A stretch of DNA of 64,000 nucleotides from an uncultured Clostridia bacterium (lineage in GTDB: Bacteria > Bacillota > Clostridia > TANB77 > CAG-465), in the NCBI GenBank assembly GCA_947626975.1, contig CANQUF010000001.1, positions 22,980 to 86,979 on the forward strand, written 5' to 3'. The position numbers and the translations under genes are program-made. Shown here piece by piece: positions 37,924 through 48,858 of this stretch (the first letter of the stretch is position 1; each line of letters starts with the position of its first letter). Under the pieces are notes generated by a model. The model ran no database searches and was not told where the DNA came from. It saw only the letters and a list, made by a program, of their open reading frames with translations.

Positions 37924-40062
37924 TTAAAACTTAATATTTTGTTTAGTTACATTTTGTTCTTTTTCATTATTTTTATTTTCAGTAAGAATATTAAAATATT
38001 CCTCCATTATTGGCTTTACAACATTTGCTGTATATGTTCCTTCTCCGCCATGTTCAATTACTGCGACAACTGCAATTTTTGGATTATCATAAGGTGCAAA
38101 TCCAACAAATATTCCATTATTATTTCCGCTTGGAACTTGAGCAGTACCAGTTTTACCAGCAACTTGTATATTACTATTTTTAAATACTATATTTGCAGTT
38201 CCACCTGTATCAGTTGTAACAGAAAGCATACCTTTCTTTATAGAATTAATATATTCAGAGTTTATATATAAGTCTCTTTCTTCAAAATTTACACCTGTAT
38301 ATTCACTTGCATACTTATTTATTTCATCAAGTGAAACGCTAGTACCTTGAGTTTCATTTTCAATAGATTTTATTAGTGTTATTTTATTTAATTTTCCACC
38401 ATTTGCAATGGTTGAAATATAATTTGCAAGTTGGACAGGTGTAAAGGAATTTCCAGATTGACCTATTGAAGCAGAAAGCGTATCACCTAAATACCAAGGG
38501 CTCTTAAGTCCATCTTCAGAATTTGGATCATACCCTGCTATTGTTCCAGTAGCTTCTCCAGAAAGTTCAATTCCTGTTTTTTGACCAAGCCCAAAAAGTT
38601 TTGTGTATTTTATTATTTCTGCAATACCAATTCTTCTTCCAACCTCGTAAAAATAACAATTACATGATCCTTTTATTGCACCTTCTATATTTATTGACCC
38701 ATGTGTCATACCTCTATCTGTATATAACCAACATTTAGGATTATATCCATATGGATATATACCTGGATCATAGTATTTTTCATCTACAGTTATTTTACCA
38801 TTCATAAGTCCTGCCATACCAACAAGCATTTTATACGTAGAGCCAGGAGAATATATTCCTGAAATTACACGATTTACCATTGGATATAACGGATCATTTT
38901 GTAATTTACTCCAGTCACTACTTGACATACCAGAAATTAAACTATTTATATCATAAGTAGGATAACTAGCAGATGCTAATACTTCTCCACTTTGTACATC
39001 TAAAACTACAACTGCACCTGCATTTGCATCAGTATATTTTTTACTAGTAACAGTTCCATTTTGAAGTCCATTTATAGTATTAAGCAATGCTTCTTCAGAG
39101 ACTTTTTGTAATCTATAATCTATTGTAAGAGTAACATTATTTCCAGACTTTGCTTCATCTGTTATAGTCTCAGATGATATATTTCCAAGTGAATCTGTTT
39201 CTACCTTTTTTATTCCATCTGTACCTTTTAAATATTTTTCAAAAGATTGTTCAATACCAGATTTTCCTATCATACTATTTACTGTATATCCATCATCTTT
39301 TAACTCTTTATATTCATCTGTATTTATTTTGCTTACATAACCAAGTGTATGCGCTAAAATAGTACCATTTGGATAATATCTACTTGGTACACTTACAGTA
39401 GAAACCCCATATAACTCATATTTTAATTCTTCAATTTGAGCAAGAGATTTTTCAGAAATATTTTTTGCAATAAGTGCACTATTAAATAATGAATAACCAT
39501 TAAGATTTGCTTCATATTTTATTTGAATTATTCGTTTTTGCATTATTTGATCATTATTATAGTTTTCTAAGCCATACAATTCTACATAATGTTTTATTAC
39601 CTCATCAAATGAATATTCTTCTTTAATATTCATTTCTTCCTTCCACTTTTTTTCTTCATCCAAATTAGAAAAACTAAAGCCATTTAATTCATCATTTATC
39701 GGAAAAGTTGAATATATTTTATCACCATTTGAATATAATATATTTATTAATTTTTCAAGTGCCGTGTTTTGTTGTTCTACGTCAACTTTTACTTTATATA
39801 GTTCAATATTATATGCTAGTTTACTAGTAGCAAGCACTATACCATTTCTATCATAGATTTCTCCTCGTGTGGCTGTTATATTCTCTATTCTTAACATTCT
39901 TTTTTCTGAAGTTTCTCTATAATGCTCTCCATTAATTATCTGTAAATTAAATAATTGAGCTATAAATGCAATTGCAACAAGTACTACAACAATATATAGC
40001 ATTAAACTTCTGTTATTTATAAATTCTAAAAACTTTATATATATATTTTTTACTTTACTCAC
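37924..40062 (-). CDS. mrdA: penicillin-binding protein 2 (elongasome transpeptidase)
   Basis: N-terminal TM and dimerisation domain, then SxxK (SPGSTYK), SCN (KGSCN) and KTGTA (AGKTGTA). Confidence 0.85.
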   Translation of the reverse strand: MSKVKNIYIKFLEFINNRSLMLYIVVVLVAIAFIAQLFNLQIINGEHYRETSEKRMLRIENITATRGEIYDRNGIVLATSKLAYNIELYKVKVDVEQQNTALEKLINILYSNGDKIYSTFPINDELNGFSFSNLDEEKKWKEEMNIKEEYSFDEVIKHYVELYGLENYNNDQIMQKRIIQIKYEANLNGYSLFNSALIAKNISEKSLAQIEELKYELYGVSTVSVPSRYYPNGTILAHTLGYVSKINTDEYKELKDDGYTVNSMIGKSGIEQSFEKYLKGTDGIKKVETDSLGNISSETITDEAKSGNNVTLTIDYRLQKVSEEALLNTINGLQNGTVTSKKYTDANAGAVVVLDVQSGEVLASASYPTYDINSLISGMSSSDWSKLQNDPLYPMVNRVISGIYSPGSTYKMLVGMAGLMNGKITVDEKYYDPGIYPYGYNPKCWLYTDRGMTHGSINIEGAIKGSCNCYFYEVGRRIGIAEIIKYTKLFGLGQKTGIELSGEATGTIAGYDPNSEDGLKSPWYLGDTLSASIGQSGNSFTPVQLANYISTIANGGKLNKITLIKSIENETQGTSVSLDEINKYASEYTGVNFEERDLYINSEYINSIKKGMLSVTTDTGGTANIVFKNSNIQVAGKTGTAQVPSGNNNGIFVGFAPYDNPKIAVVAVIEHGGEGTYTANVVKPIMEEYFNILTENKNNEKEQNVTKQNIKF

Positions 40063-40584
40063 CTACTTTACACTATAATCTCCTATATTTTTATCAAAAT
40101 ATCGTAATAATTTATATAATAGTGAATGAACTATATACACTATTATAATGTTAAGTAACGAACTAAGTACTATATGAATTAATAAAGTAAATATATTACT
40201 ATATATTCCTGTATTAATTAGATGTATAAAATACTGTAATATTTCAAATATCGAACTTGCAATAAGTGTTACATAAACAAGTGCTATTTTATTTTCTTTT
40301 CTATAATTATTATTAATAAGTGAAATTACCGTGCCAGTAATAAAATAACAAATAGTAAACGTACCGTAATTTCCAAAAATCAAATCAGTTATAATTCCAA
40401 TTATTAATGAATAAGTAACACCTACATATGCTCCATACCAAAGACTTGCTACAATAACAGTTATTAATATTAAGTTAGGTTTTATACCAAATAATTCTTT
40501 ACCATCTATTATCATTGTTTGAAACAAAAATATTATAAATATAAATAAAACTATATATACAAAAGTTAAAAATTTTTTAAGCAT
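40063..40584 (-). CDS. mreD: rod shape-determining protein MreD
   Basis: 173-aa polytopic membrane protein immediately downstream of mreC. Confidence 0.6.
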   Translation of the reverse strand: MLKKFLTFVYIVLFIFIIFLFQTMIIDGKELFGIKPNLILITVIVASLWYGAYVGVTYSLIIGIITDLIFGNYGTFTICYFITGTVISLINNNYRKENKIALVYVTLIASSIFEILQYFIHLINTGIYSNIFTLLIHIVLSSLLNIIIVYIVHSLLYKLLRYFDKNIGDYSVK

Positions 40585-40605
40585 CTTTATCTCCTATTTT
40601 CTTTT

Positions 40606-41451
40606 TTAATTTATAATTACACCTACTTCTGATATTTTTTTTATATCAACACATGGTTCAACTATTGCATATCTATTAATATCATTCTTTCCATTTACTA
40701 TTTTAGTTATTTTGCCTACAGGTATAGAGTTAGGATAATTTGTGCCAAGTCCAGATGTATATAACATATCTGCAATTGATATATCAGAATCTAATTGTAT
40801 AAATGTAAGTTTTAACTCATTTTTTGATTTTAAATCTAAATCACCTTGTAAAATTGCTGGTTCATTTGTAGTACTAATTACAACGCTTACAGAAGATGAA
40901 GGATCTAAAATAGTAGTAACTACACTAGTAGTATCATTAACTTTTGAAATATAGCCAACTAATCCATCATTATGTACAACTGCTTGATTTAACTTTATAC
41001 CATCATTTTTTCCTAAATCAATAGTAAATGTTTTAGACCAATTATCATGCTCTCTATATAATATTCTTGAATATTTTATATTAAAATGCTGATACGTTTT
41101 CTTTATATCCAACATTTTTTTTAATGATTCATTTTCTTCTAATATAGAATTACTTTCTAACAATTTAGCTTTCAACTCTTTTACTTCATTCTCCAAATTT
41201 TCTTTTTCTTTATTTACTTTTTCTTTATTTGAAAAATATACTCCTGCATTTTTAAATACAGAGCCTAAAGCATTAGATACTATCTTTACTGGATAAATAA
41301 CTATGTTTGAGGTTTTACTAATAAAAGAGTTATTACTTTCTTTTAATAAAAAAGCTGTTATAAATACTGCTATTATAAAAGAAAAAAGTACAAAAATTAT
41401 AATGTGTTTCTTTTTTCTTTTTTTTCCATCAAAATCATATCTATATTTCAT
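40606..41451 (-). CDS. mreC: rod shape-determining protein MreC
   Basis: N-terminal TM, a coiled-coil (ENLENEVKELKAKLLE), and a C-terminal beta-rich domain with a GLVGxI motif. Confidence 0.8.
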   Translation of the reverse strand: MKYRYDFDGKKRKKKHIIIFVLFSFIIAVFITAFLLKESNNSFISKTSNIVIYPVKIVSNALGSVFKNAGVYFSNKEKVNKEKENLENEVKELKAKLLESNSILEENESLKKMLDIKKTYQHFNIKYSRILYREHDNWSKTFTIDLGKNDGIKLNQAVVHNDGLVGYISKVNDTTSVVTTILDPSSSVSVVISTTNEPAILQGDLDLKSKNELKLTFIQLDSDISIADMLYTSGLGTNYPNSIPVGKITKIVNGKNDINRYAIVEPCVDIKKISEVGVIIN

Positions 41452-42479
41452 TAAAATCTCCTATTATCTTTCCTAATCTTAGTTGATTTTTTTAAGACCT
41501 CAATATTATCAAGTGCAAGACCTACACCTTTTATAACACTTCTTTCTGGATTTTCTGAAATAAATACAGGCATTCCTACTTCATCACTTATAAACCTATC
41601 AATATTTTTAAGATGAGAAAGTGCACCTGTCATTACAATACCTCTTTCCATAATATCAGCTGCTATTTCTGGTGGTGTTTCTTCTAATGCTTGTTTTATA
41701 CATCTTAAAATCTCATTTAATGAATCATTAATTGCAAGATTAATATCTTTTGAAGATACTGTAACTGTTTCTGGAAGTCCTGTAGTTAGATTTCTTCCCT
41801 TTACTTGTACTTTTTCTTCAGTCATTGAAGCACTAGCAGAGCCGATTTGTTTTTTTAGTTCCTCTGCTTCACCTTCACCAATTATTATATTAAAATTTTG
41901 TTTAATATAATCTACTATATTTTTATCTAATTTATCCCCTGCTACTTTAATAGATTTAGAAACAACTATACCGCCAAGTGATAAAACTGCCATTTCACTT
42001 GTACCTCCTCCTAAATCTATTACCATAGCTCCCTCAGGTTTTTCAATTTTAATACCACTTCCTATAGCAGCAGCCATTACTTCCTCCATAAGATAAACTT
42101 CTTTTGCTCCCGCTTTATATGCAACACCTTCTACTGCTCTTTCTTCAACATCTGTTATTTCAGATGGAATGGAAATAACAAGCCTTGGTTTTGAAAAAAT
42201 ATTTTTTTGTGTAACTTTTTGTATTAATGTTTGCATTAACATTTTAGTTGCGCCAAAATCTGCAATAACACCATCTTTTAAAGGTTTTAATGCAACTATA
42301 TTATCAGGTGTTCTACCTAACATTTCTTTTGCTTGATTACCCACTGCTAATACCTCACCAGTTATTTTATTTATAGCAACAACTGATGGCTCAGAAAGTA
42401 CGATTCCCTTTCCTCTTACATGCACTCTTATATTTGAAGTACCTAAATCTATTCCTATGTCTTTTGATATTATACCCAT
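41451..42479 (-). CDS. mreB: rod shape-determining protein MreB (actin homolog)
   Basis: GIDLGTSN phosphate-1 motif, DLGGGTSE phosphate-2, 342 aa. Confidence 0.9.
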   Translation of the reverse strand: MGIISKDIGIDLGTSNIRVHVRGKGIVLSEPSVVAINKITGEVLAVGNQAKEMLGRTPDNIVALKPLKDGVIADFGATKMLMQTLIQKVTQKNIFSKPRLVISIPSEITDVEERAVEGVAYKAGAKEVYLMEEVMAAAIGSGIKIEKPEGAMVIDLGGGTSEMAVLSLGGIVVSKSIKVAGDKLDKNIVDYIKQNFNIIIGEGEAEELKKQIGSASASMTEEKVQVKGRNLTTGLPETVTVSSKDINLAINDSLNEILRCIKQALEETPPEIAADIMERGIVMTGALSHLKNIDRFISDEVGMPVFISENPERSVIKGVGLALDNIEVLKKSTKIRKDNRRF

Positions 42480-42521
42480 TTTTTCTCACCTTTTCTACTT
42501 TCTATATAATTTTTAAAATTT

Positions 42522-43277
42522 TTATATAAAATTATTTTCTTTAAAACTAAAATAATTATTATTTGAAATTATTATATGATCTAGCACTTTTATATCAAAT
42601 ATTTGTGCATACTCAATTACATTGTTAGTAAAATTTCTGTCCTGCAAGCTAGCCTTTAAATTACCGCTTGGATGATTATGTACTAAAATTACACTATGTG
42701 CCATTTGCTTTATAGGTTCACTTAAAACTTCTTTTAAACTTATATCAATTTTATCACAATTACCAATATAATTTGTAATTATTGATAGAACATCATTATT
42801 TTTATTTAAAATAATTGTCTTTAAAATCTCTTGCTTTTTACCTAAAAAATCCTGAAATACAATTTTAAAAGCATCCTTTGGACATCTAATTTTATTTTTA
42901 TTATTATCTTTATATACATTAGATATTCTTTTTGCAAGTTCTAACACAGCTTTTATTTGTATAGCTTTTACCCTACCAATTCCTTCATATCTTTTTAGCT
43001 GTGCAATTGAAAGAGATGTTAAGTATTCTAAATCAGATATATTAGTAATATTATTATTTTCGCTTAATATTTTTTGTGATATATCCAAACAACTGTATTT
43101 TTTTGTGCCTGTTTTTATTATTATTGCAAGTAATTCAGAATTTGTTAAATTGCCTTCCCCCATAAGTTCCAGTTTTTCATAGGGTCTATCATTAAATGGC
43201 AATTTTTTTATATTTTTAGCCAACTTAATATTTGTTTTGCAAGTAGAGCAAATATTACCATACATAATACTCCACAT
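42522..43277 (-). CDS. radC: RadC/JAMM-domain protein
   Basis: LPxxDRPxEKL N-terminus, helix-hairpin-helix region, and JAMM motif HNHPSG at the C-terminus. Confidence 0.8.
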   Translation of the reverse strand: MWSIMYGNICSTCKTNIKLAKNIKKLPFNDRPYEKLELMGEGNLTNSELLAIIIKTGTKKYSCLDISQKILSENNNITNISDLEYLTSLSIAQLKRYEGIGRVKAIQIKAVLELAKRISNVYKDNNKNKIRCPKDAFKIVFQDFLGKKQEILKTIILNKNNDVLSIITNYIGNCDKIDISLKEVLSEPIKQMAHSVILVHNHPSGNLKASLQDRNFTNNVIEYAQIFDIKVLDHIIISNNNYFSFKENNFI

Positions 43278-43468
43278 ATACTAACTTTACACCATATTCC
43301 TATTGTAAATTGCATAAAGCTTAAATCAATAGTAATAGGATTTGGAAATCCAAACGAACCTCCTATTGCTAAGAAACTTAAGAAACTTACTCCTTTTAAG
43401 CTTTCACCCACAGCTATTCCTACTATCATTCCTAATATAGCAGCTACAATTATTAAAAATTTTCTCAT
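43208..43468 (-). CDS. small membrane protein (DUF4321-like)
   Basis: 86 aa with two TM segments. It sits in a conserved position upstream of radC/mreB in Firmicutes. Confidence 0.4.
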   Translation of the reverse strand: MRKFLIIVAAILGMIVGIAVGESLKGVSFLSFLAIGGSFGFPNPITIDLSFMQFTIGIWCKVSICGVLCMVIFALLAKQILSWLKI

Positions 43469-43698
43469 TAGTTAATCCTCCCCTTATATGTTTTTGTGCA
43501 TTTTATAATGAACATATTATATAACTTTTTTTTAATTTTTTCAACCTATTTAGTAAAATTTATAATCCTGGATTTAGTAAAATCTATTTTTACAAAACAT
43601 AAAAAAATATTTTTTAACCTCATATAACAATATCTTTTTATTTAATTTAAAAAATTGCTATATGAGGTTATACTATTTTATATAATTTTAATAATTGC

Positions 43699-44904
43699 TT
43701 AATTATAATTGTTTATTCTATAACTTTTTTTATAATAACGGTTTTTACTTGATATCTTTTTTAGTATAATCCCTAAAGCTGTTATAACCATAACTCCCAT
43801 AATTCCAATACCTATTACATATAATATATATTTTTTAATAAGTATATTTACTAAAAATGAATTATTAAAAAATAAATTTACAATAATCATTATTATTACA
43901 CCTAAAATATAAGGGACATATTTACTTAAATTTTCATTATTTTTAAATATTTTTTTTATGCTTGTTGTTACAAAGTATAAGCTTAATGTTAAAAATACAA
44001 AAACATTGAAAATAAATTGTAAAGCTAATATATTTTCTATTCTTTCTAATATACTAAATAAGCTAAATGCTTTTAGTGCTGTATATTCTGGATATTTATA
44101 TAGTCCTACAACATCTCCGCCTAAAACTAGTGTAGTAATAACTATTAAAGTTATTATTATTATATTTACAAAAACATACATTAATATAATTCTTTTTACT
44201 TTTCCTTTTTCTTCTTTTACCTGAGAATCTTTTATAATTGTAAGTAAAAATATTGGAAATGTTGTAAATATTGTATACATTATTGCACTAGATAAAGTTG
44301 GTTTTACTCCTGTAGATAAGACTGGTAAAATATTATTTATATTATATGCATTCATTAATCCAAAAAAAGATAATAAAAAGAACATAATATTTATAATTAA
44401 TAAAATTTGACTTACTCTACTAATAACAGCAATATCTTTTGTAGCAGTATATGTTACTACTAAAATAATAAGGAATCTACAATAATTTATATTAGTCTCT
44501 GGCATATATTCTGAATTTATAAATTGTGTTATATTATAAAAAACAATAATACACATAAAAAATACAGTTAAGTTAAGTATTGTATTAAATATTATACCTA
44601 TAGGTTTGCCAAATAAATGATTATTTAAGTCTATTATATCTTTTCCCTCACTATTTTTAATAATAAATATAAAAATAAGTAAAGGAATAAGTCCTATTAT
44701 TGCACCTAATATTGCTGATATATATGTGTCTACACCGGATTTTTCAAACATAAATCCTATAGCCATTCCTATAAATGAACTTTTAGCAAGTGTAAAAAGA
44801 AAGCTTGAATATCCTCTTCCTTCTATAGTTTTACTATCATTTACTGATGTATTATTTATTGCTTTTGAATTATAATTACTCATTCTTATTTGCACTCCCC
44901 TCAT
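43699..44904 (-). CDS. spore germination protein, GerAB-type (APC-superfamily permease-like)
   Basis: About 10 predicted TM helices, 401 aa, and the last gene of the gerA-type tricistron. Confidence 0.7.
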   Translation of the reverse strand: MRGVQIRMSNYNSKAINNTSVNDSKTIEGRGYSSFLFTLAKSSFIGMAIGFMFEKSGVDTYISAILGAIIGLIPLLIFIFIIKNSEGKDIIDLNNHLFGKPIGIIFNTILNLTVFFMCIIVFYNITQFINSEYMPETNINYCRFLIILVVTYTATKDIAVISRVSQILLIINIMFFLLSFFGLMNAYNINNILPVLSTGVKPTLSSAIMYTIFTTFPIFLLTIIKDSQVKEEKGKVKRIILMYVFVNIIIITLIVITTLVLGGDVVGLYKYPEYTALKAFSLFSILERIENILALQFIFNVFVFLTLSLYFVTTSIKKIFKNNENLSKYVPYILGVIIMIIVNLFFNNSFLVNILIKKYILYVIGIGIMGVMVITALGIILKKISSKNRYYKKSYRINNYN

Positions 44905-46141
44905 TTGGAAATGTTGCTTTTACTTTAACATTTGTATCTATTGTTTTAAATAAATCTTTATTAAATTCTTCTTCATGTTTTTTATACTCTTTGTTTAGTT
45001 TTTTAAAAAAAATCTCTTTGTATCCTACTAAATCAGTATTATATACATTTTTACAATTATCTATGTATTTATATATATTTTTTTCAACTTCCTTTGCAAT
45101 TATATCTTGATATTTATTTATATCTTCATCTGTTTTAAATTTTACATTCTTACCAGTTTCTGTTACATTAAATTTCATTTCTACATTTATATCTAAAGTA
45201 AGTTTATCATCTACTACTTTTGGCTTTAAATCAGTTTTACTGTTTAACAATTCAACAACAATTTTATCACTATTTTCACCAGAACGTACAATAGCTGCTT
45301 TTACATTATTATTTAAAACATTATATATAAGCGAGTCATCTTCACTCATAAAGCCACCAAATTTATTGTCCTTAAAATATGATAGTGCTCCAATTTTTAT
45401 ATTTGTTTTTTTACCCTCTGAAGATAAAGATGAATCACTAGAATTTGAACTGTCTGTTTCTTTTGAACTTGAGTCCTCTTCAGAATTATCTAATATTTTA
45501 TTATCATCAATATCAGGTATCTTTTCTTTAGAAGAATCTTGTAAATATATACTAGTAGCAACTAATTCCTTTTTATCTGATAATAACATAGATAAATTTT
45601 TACTAAGTATATTATCTATACTTGTTCCTCGATATTTATATGTTGCTTTTATACTTTGCACCATACTTTCTGCAGGACTTTTTAATAACGGTGATGTTTT
45701 CGTTAAAATTTCTTGCGGTGTTGTATCCTTAGTAACAGCTAATATATAATTATTACTAGTTTCATTATCCCTTAAGAAGAAATCAAGAGTCTCTATCATG
45801 TCTTTTTTAGCTGCTTTTTCAGAAATTAATAAAAGTTGCATATGTGCAAGGTACATTCTTTGTGGAGATTCATTTACAAAACTCCTCAGTGCTTCTTGTA
45901 TCGAATTAGACTTTGATTCAAAAACAACTATATCAGATGAACTTCCAGATGATGAGTCAGAGCCAGAACTATCCATTTTTTTCTCAATGTTAGTTACTTG
46001 CGCTGAAATTATATATTTATCATCATCACTTATATCTATACCAATAGCTGGTACTATTTCTATTTCATTTAATTCTCTAGAATTTTTGAGTCCACTTAAA
46101 AGTATCATGGCTACAACTACAAGTAAAATCTTACCTTTCAT
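44876..46141 (-). CDS. spore germination protein, GerAC-type
   Basis: GerxC-like N- and C-terminal regions, positioned between the A and B subunits. There are S/D-rich low-complexity inserts, and the signal peptide lacks the usual lipobox Cys (LLSGLKN). Confidence 0.65.
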   Translation of the reverse strand: MKGKILLVVVAMILLSGLKNSRELNEIEIVPAIGIDISDDDKYIISAQVTNIEKKMDSSGSDSSSGSSSDIVVFESKSNSIQEALRSFVNESPQRMYLAHMQLLLISEKAAKKDMIETLDFFLRDNETSNNYILAVTKDTTPQEILTKTSPLLKSPAESMVQSIKATYKYRGTSIDNILSKNLSMLLSDKKELVATSIYLQDSSKEKIPDIDDNKILDNSEEDSSSKETDSSNSSDSSLSSEGKKTNIKIGALSYFKDNKFGGFMSEDDSLIYNVLNNNVKAAIVRSGENSDKIVVELLNSKTDLKPKVVDDKLTLDINVEMKFNVTETGKNVKFKTDEDINKYQDIIAKEVEKNIYKYIDNCKNVYNTDLVGYKEIFFKKLNKEYKKHEEEFNKDLFKTIDTNVKVKATFPNEGSANKNE

Positions 46142-46155
46142 ATATATTTCCTTTC

Positions 46156-47754
46156 TTATTTTATATTAGCTTTTGTTAAATTATCTGTAAGCATTTTAGA
46201 TCTTTTAGTATCTTTTGCAATGCTTTTTCTTTTTATTACTTCTTTTTCTATTCTATCCAAATTCATAGGTGCTATAGGATAAGTAAAAGGTTTAGTAAAA
46301 CTTGATGTACTAGCAATATTTACTATTAAAAATAATATTGCCACACACATTCCAATAAGTCCAGCTACACCTGAAAATATTAAGAATATTATTCTCCATG
46401 TTCTAAGTGCATTTGCCATGCTAAGCTCTGTAAAAAGAAGTCCAGATATAGTAGATAGTGCAATTACTATTATCATTATTGGAGATACAATTCCAGCATT
46501 TACTGCTGCATCACCAAGTATCAATGCACCTACAATTGAAAGAGTACTTCCTGATGCACTCGGCACTCTATAATCTCCTTCTCTTAAAATCTCAAACGAG
46601 ATTATCATAAGAAAAGCTTCTATAAAAGCTACAAATGGTACACCTTTTTTTTGAATAGCAAAAGATACTAATAAATCATTTGGTATAGACTCTTGATCAA
46701 AAGTAGTAAGTGCTACGTATAAAGCTGGAGTAATTATAGTAATTATAAATGCTAAATATCTTATAATTTTAGTAAAAGTTACATTATTGTTCTTCTGATA
46801 ATAGTCTTCTATATTATTTATAAAATCGCCAATAAAAACAGGCAGTACAAGTACAAATGGACTATTTTCAACTACAATTGCCACTCTTCCCTGTAACATA
46901 TAAAAACAAACTAAATCAGGTCTTTCTGTACTAAATATAGTAGGAAAATCTGCCTTTGTTGATTGTTCTATAAACTCAGATATATAATTACTATCTAATA
47001 TAGCATCAATATCAATTTTATCTAGTTTTTTACTTACATATTCTACTAATTCTGGTCTTGCAATATCAGAAATATACATTAGTCCTACTTTAGTTTTAGA
47101 CCTTCTTCCAATTATTTTTTCATCTAAAATCAAGTCTTCACTTTTTATCCTTTTCCTTATTAAACCTATATTATCTGAATAATTTTCTAAAAAAGCATCT
47201 TTTGGCCCTTTAATTGAACCCTCTGTTTTAGGTTCTGATACACCTCTATCTAACTTACTTTTTGTCTCAGCTACTAATATATCAGTATTGTGTATTATAC
47301 ACGTAAATCCTGAAAATAAATAATAAAATAAATTATCCTCTTTTAAATCTAATTTTTTTACTTTACTTATGGATATACTATTTTCAAGTACATCTATAAT
47401 ATGATATATATTTAACTTATTATTTCTATTTATATTATTTTCTAAACTAGACTCTGACAATTTCCTTTTTTTTATGACTTTAGGTAATGAATTATCTTCT
47501 AATTTTTTTTCTATTTTATCGTTTATATCATTTTCTTCTTCACATTTTTTTAGTCTTTTTTCTATCTTCTTTATACTTCTTATAACATAGTTTGATATAA
47601 TCTTTGTATCAGTTAGTGGCTCATTAAATACTATATATACAATTTCATTATTTACAGATATTTCTCTATAAGAAATATCTTTACTATTATTTGTTTTTTC
47701 TTTTATATAATCAATTATTTCTTTAGAAGTATTAAAATTTTCTAATTTTTCCAT
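46156..47754 (-). CDS. spore germination protein, GerAA-type
   Basis: Soluble N-terminal domain plus a C-terminal 5-6 TM domain (GerA family), 532 aa. Confidence 0.75.
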   Translation of the reverse strand: MEKLENFNTSKEIIDYIKEKTNNSKDISYREISVNNEIVYIVFNEPLTDTKIISNYVIRSIKKIEKRLKKCEEENDINDKIEKKLEDNSLPKVIKKRKLSESSLENNINRNNKLNIYHIIDVLENSISISKVKKLDLKEDNLFYYLFSGFTCIIHNTDILVAETKSKLDRGVSEPKTEGSIKGPKDAFLENYSDNIGLIRKRIKSEDLILDEKIIGRRSKTKVGLMYISDIARPELVEYVSKKLDKIDIDAILDSNYISEFIEQSTKADFPTIFSTERPDLVCFYMLQGRVAIVVENSPFVLVLPVFIGDFINNIEDYYQKNNNVTFTKIIRYLAFIITIITPALYVALTTFDQESIPNDLLVSFAIQKKGVPFVAFIEAFLMIISFEILREGDYRVPSASGSTLSIVGALILGDAAVNAGIVSPIMIIVIALSTISGLLFTELSMANALRTWRIIFLIFSGVAGLIGMCVAILFLIVNIASTSSFTKPFTYPIAPMNLDRIEKEVIKRKSIAKDTKRSKMLTDNLTKANIK

Positions 47755-47907
47755 AATGAAAATTCTCCTTAGTTTTTATTATGTTAATTTTTTAAATAAT
47801 TATTCTATTTTATTTAAAATTTAAATAAACTATTATTTTATTATCACTTTACAATTTTTATGAATATAATATTATGAGTATATCTCAATAGAAAAGGGGA
47901 ATAAAAA

Positions 47908-48813
47908 ATGAGTATATTTAGAGATAATTTTATGTGCCAAAATGATTGTAATTCTAATTTCGATAACTGTTGTCAAAATAGTTGTTGCCATCATGAAACT
48001 TGTTGCTTAATTCCAGGTCCAACTGGACCTACAGGTCCATCTGCTGTTTCAGTAAATGTTAATTCAACTACTACTGGAGCACCTGGTAGTGCTGCATCAG
48101 TAACAAATGTAGGTACAGATCAAAACGTATTATTAGATTTTGTAATACCTGCAGGATTTAATGGAGCAACTGGTGCAACTGGTGCAACTGGCGCTACTGG
48201 TGCTACTGGTGCTACCGGTCCTCAAGGTATTCAAGGACCTCAGGGTATTCAAGGTGCTACAGGCGCTACTGGTGCTACTGGACCTCAAGGTATTCAAGGA
48301 CCTCAAGGTATTCAAGGTGCTACTGGTGCTACAGGCGCTACCGGTGCTACTGGGGCTACAGGTGAAACTGGAGCAACTGGCGCTACTGGACCTAGTGTAG
48401 GACTTACTGCTTATGGTGGACTATATAGTACTACAACACAAAGTTTTACAACAACTCAAGGTACTCCTACTGTTATAACTTTAGGTACACAAATGCCTAA
48501 TTTAAATGTTGGTACAGCTACTGCAAATACTTTAACTATTAATGAAGCTGGTGATTATGAAATATCATACACCGTACTTGCAGATCTTGATAACGCAGGT
48601 GATTTAACTATTGCAGTTCAAAATGCTGGTGCTGATATTCCTGGAACATCACAAACTATTGATATGAATGGAAATGAAGATGACTTATTTAATAAAAGTA
48701 TAATTACGACATTAACAGCAGGAAGTACTATCACTTTAGTTTTAACATCAACAACAGATTCGACTGATGGTAGCATAAATGAGGCATATTTAATTATAAA
48801 AAAATTAGATTAA
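47908..48813 (+). CDS. collagen-like exosporium protein (BclA-like) with Cys-rich N-terminus
   Basis: N-terminus [24 protein letters not shown]. About 40 GxT/GPQ/GIQ triplets. The ~140-aa C-terminal beta domain resembles the BclA C-terminal (C1q-like) domain. RBS AAAGGGGA. Confidence 0.8.
   Translation: MSIFRDNFMCQNDCNSNFDNCCQNSCCHHETCCLIPGPTGPTGPSAVSVNVNSTTTGAPGSAASVTNVGTDQNVLLDFVIPAGFNGATGATGATGATGATGATGPQGIQGPQGIQGATGATGATGPQGIQGPQGIQGATGATGATGATGATGETGATGATGPSVGLTAYGGLYSTTTQSFTTTQGTPTVITLGTQMPNLNVGTATANTLTINEAGDYEISYTVLADLDNAGDLTIAVQNAGADIPGTSQTIDMNGNEDDLFNKSIITTLTAGSTITLVLTSTTDSTDGSINEAYLIIKKLD
48163..48395 (+). repeat. perfect/near-perfect 9-nt (GCWACTGGT)n collagen triplet repeat with internal 54-nt duplication
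   Basis: ggtgcaactggtgcaactggcgctactggtgct... encodes (GAT)n; the [21 protein letters not shown] block occurs twice. Confidence 0.8.
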
Positions 48814-48822
48814 CAAAAAAAT

Positions 48823-48858
48823 GGGATTGAATTATAAATTAATTCAATCTCATTTTTT
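48823..48858. terminator. bidirectional rho-independent terminator
   Basis: Stem gggattgaatt/aattcaatctc (one G-U pair) followed by TTTTTT. It sits between convergent collagen-like and ung genes. Confidence 0.55.

Noticed and set aside
43565-43680. Long-loop inverted repeat (taacctcatata...tatatgaggtta) downstream of gerAB as a terminator
   Set aside because: The loop is ~25 nt and the U-tract is poorly positioned. It may be a regulatory palindrome instead, and support is too weak to annotate.
48133-48400. ORFs on both strands inside the collagen triplet repeat
   Set aside because: They are mirror-frame artefacts of the (GCWACTGGT)n repeat. The plus-frame collagen protein has an RBS and a BclA-like C-terminal domain.
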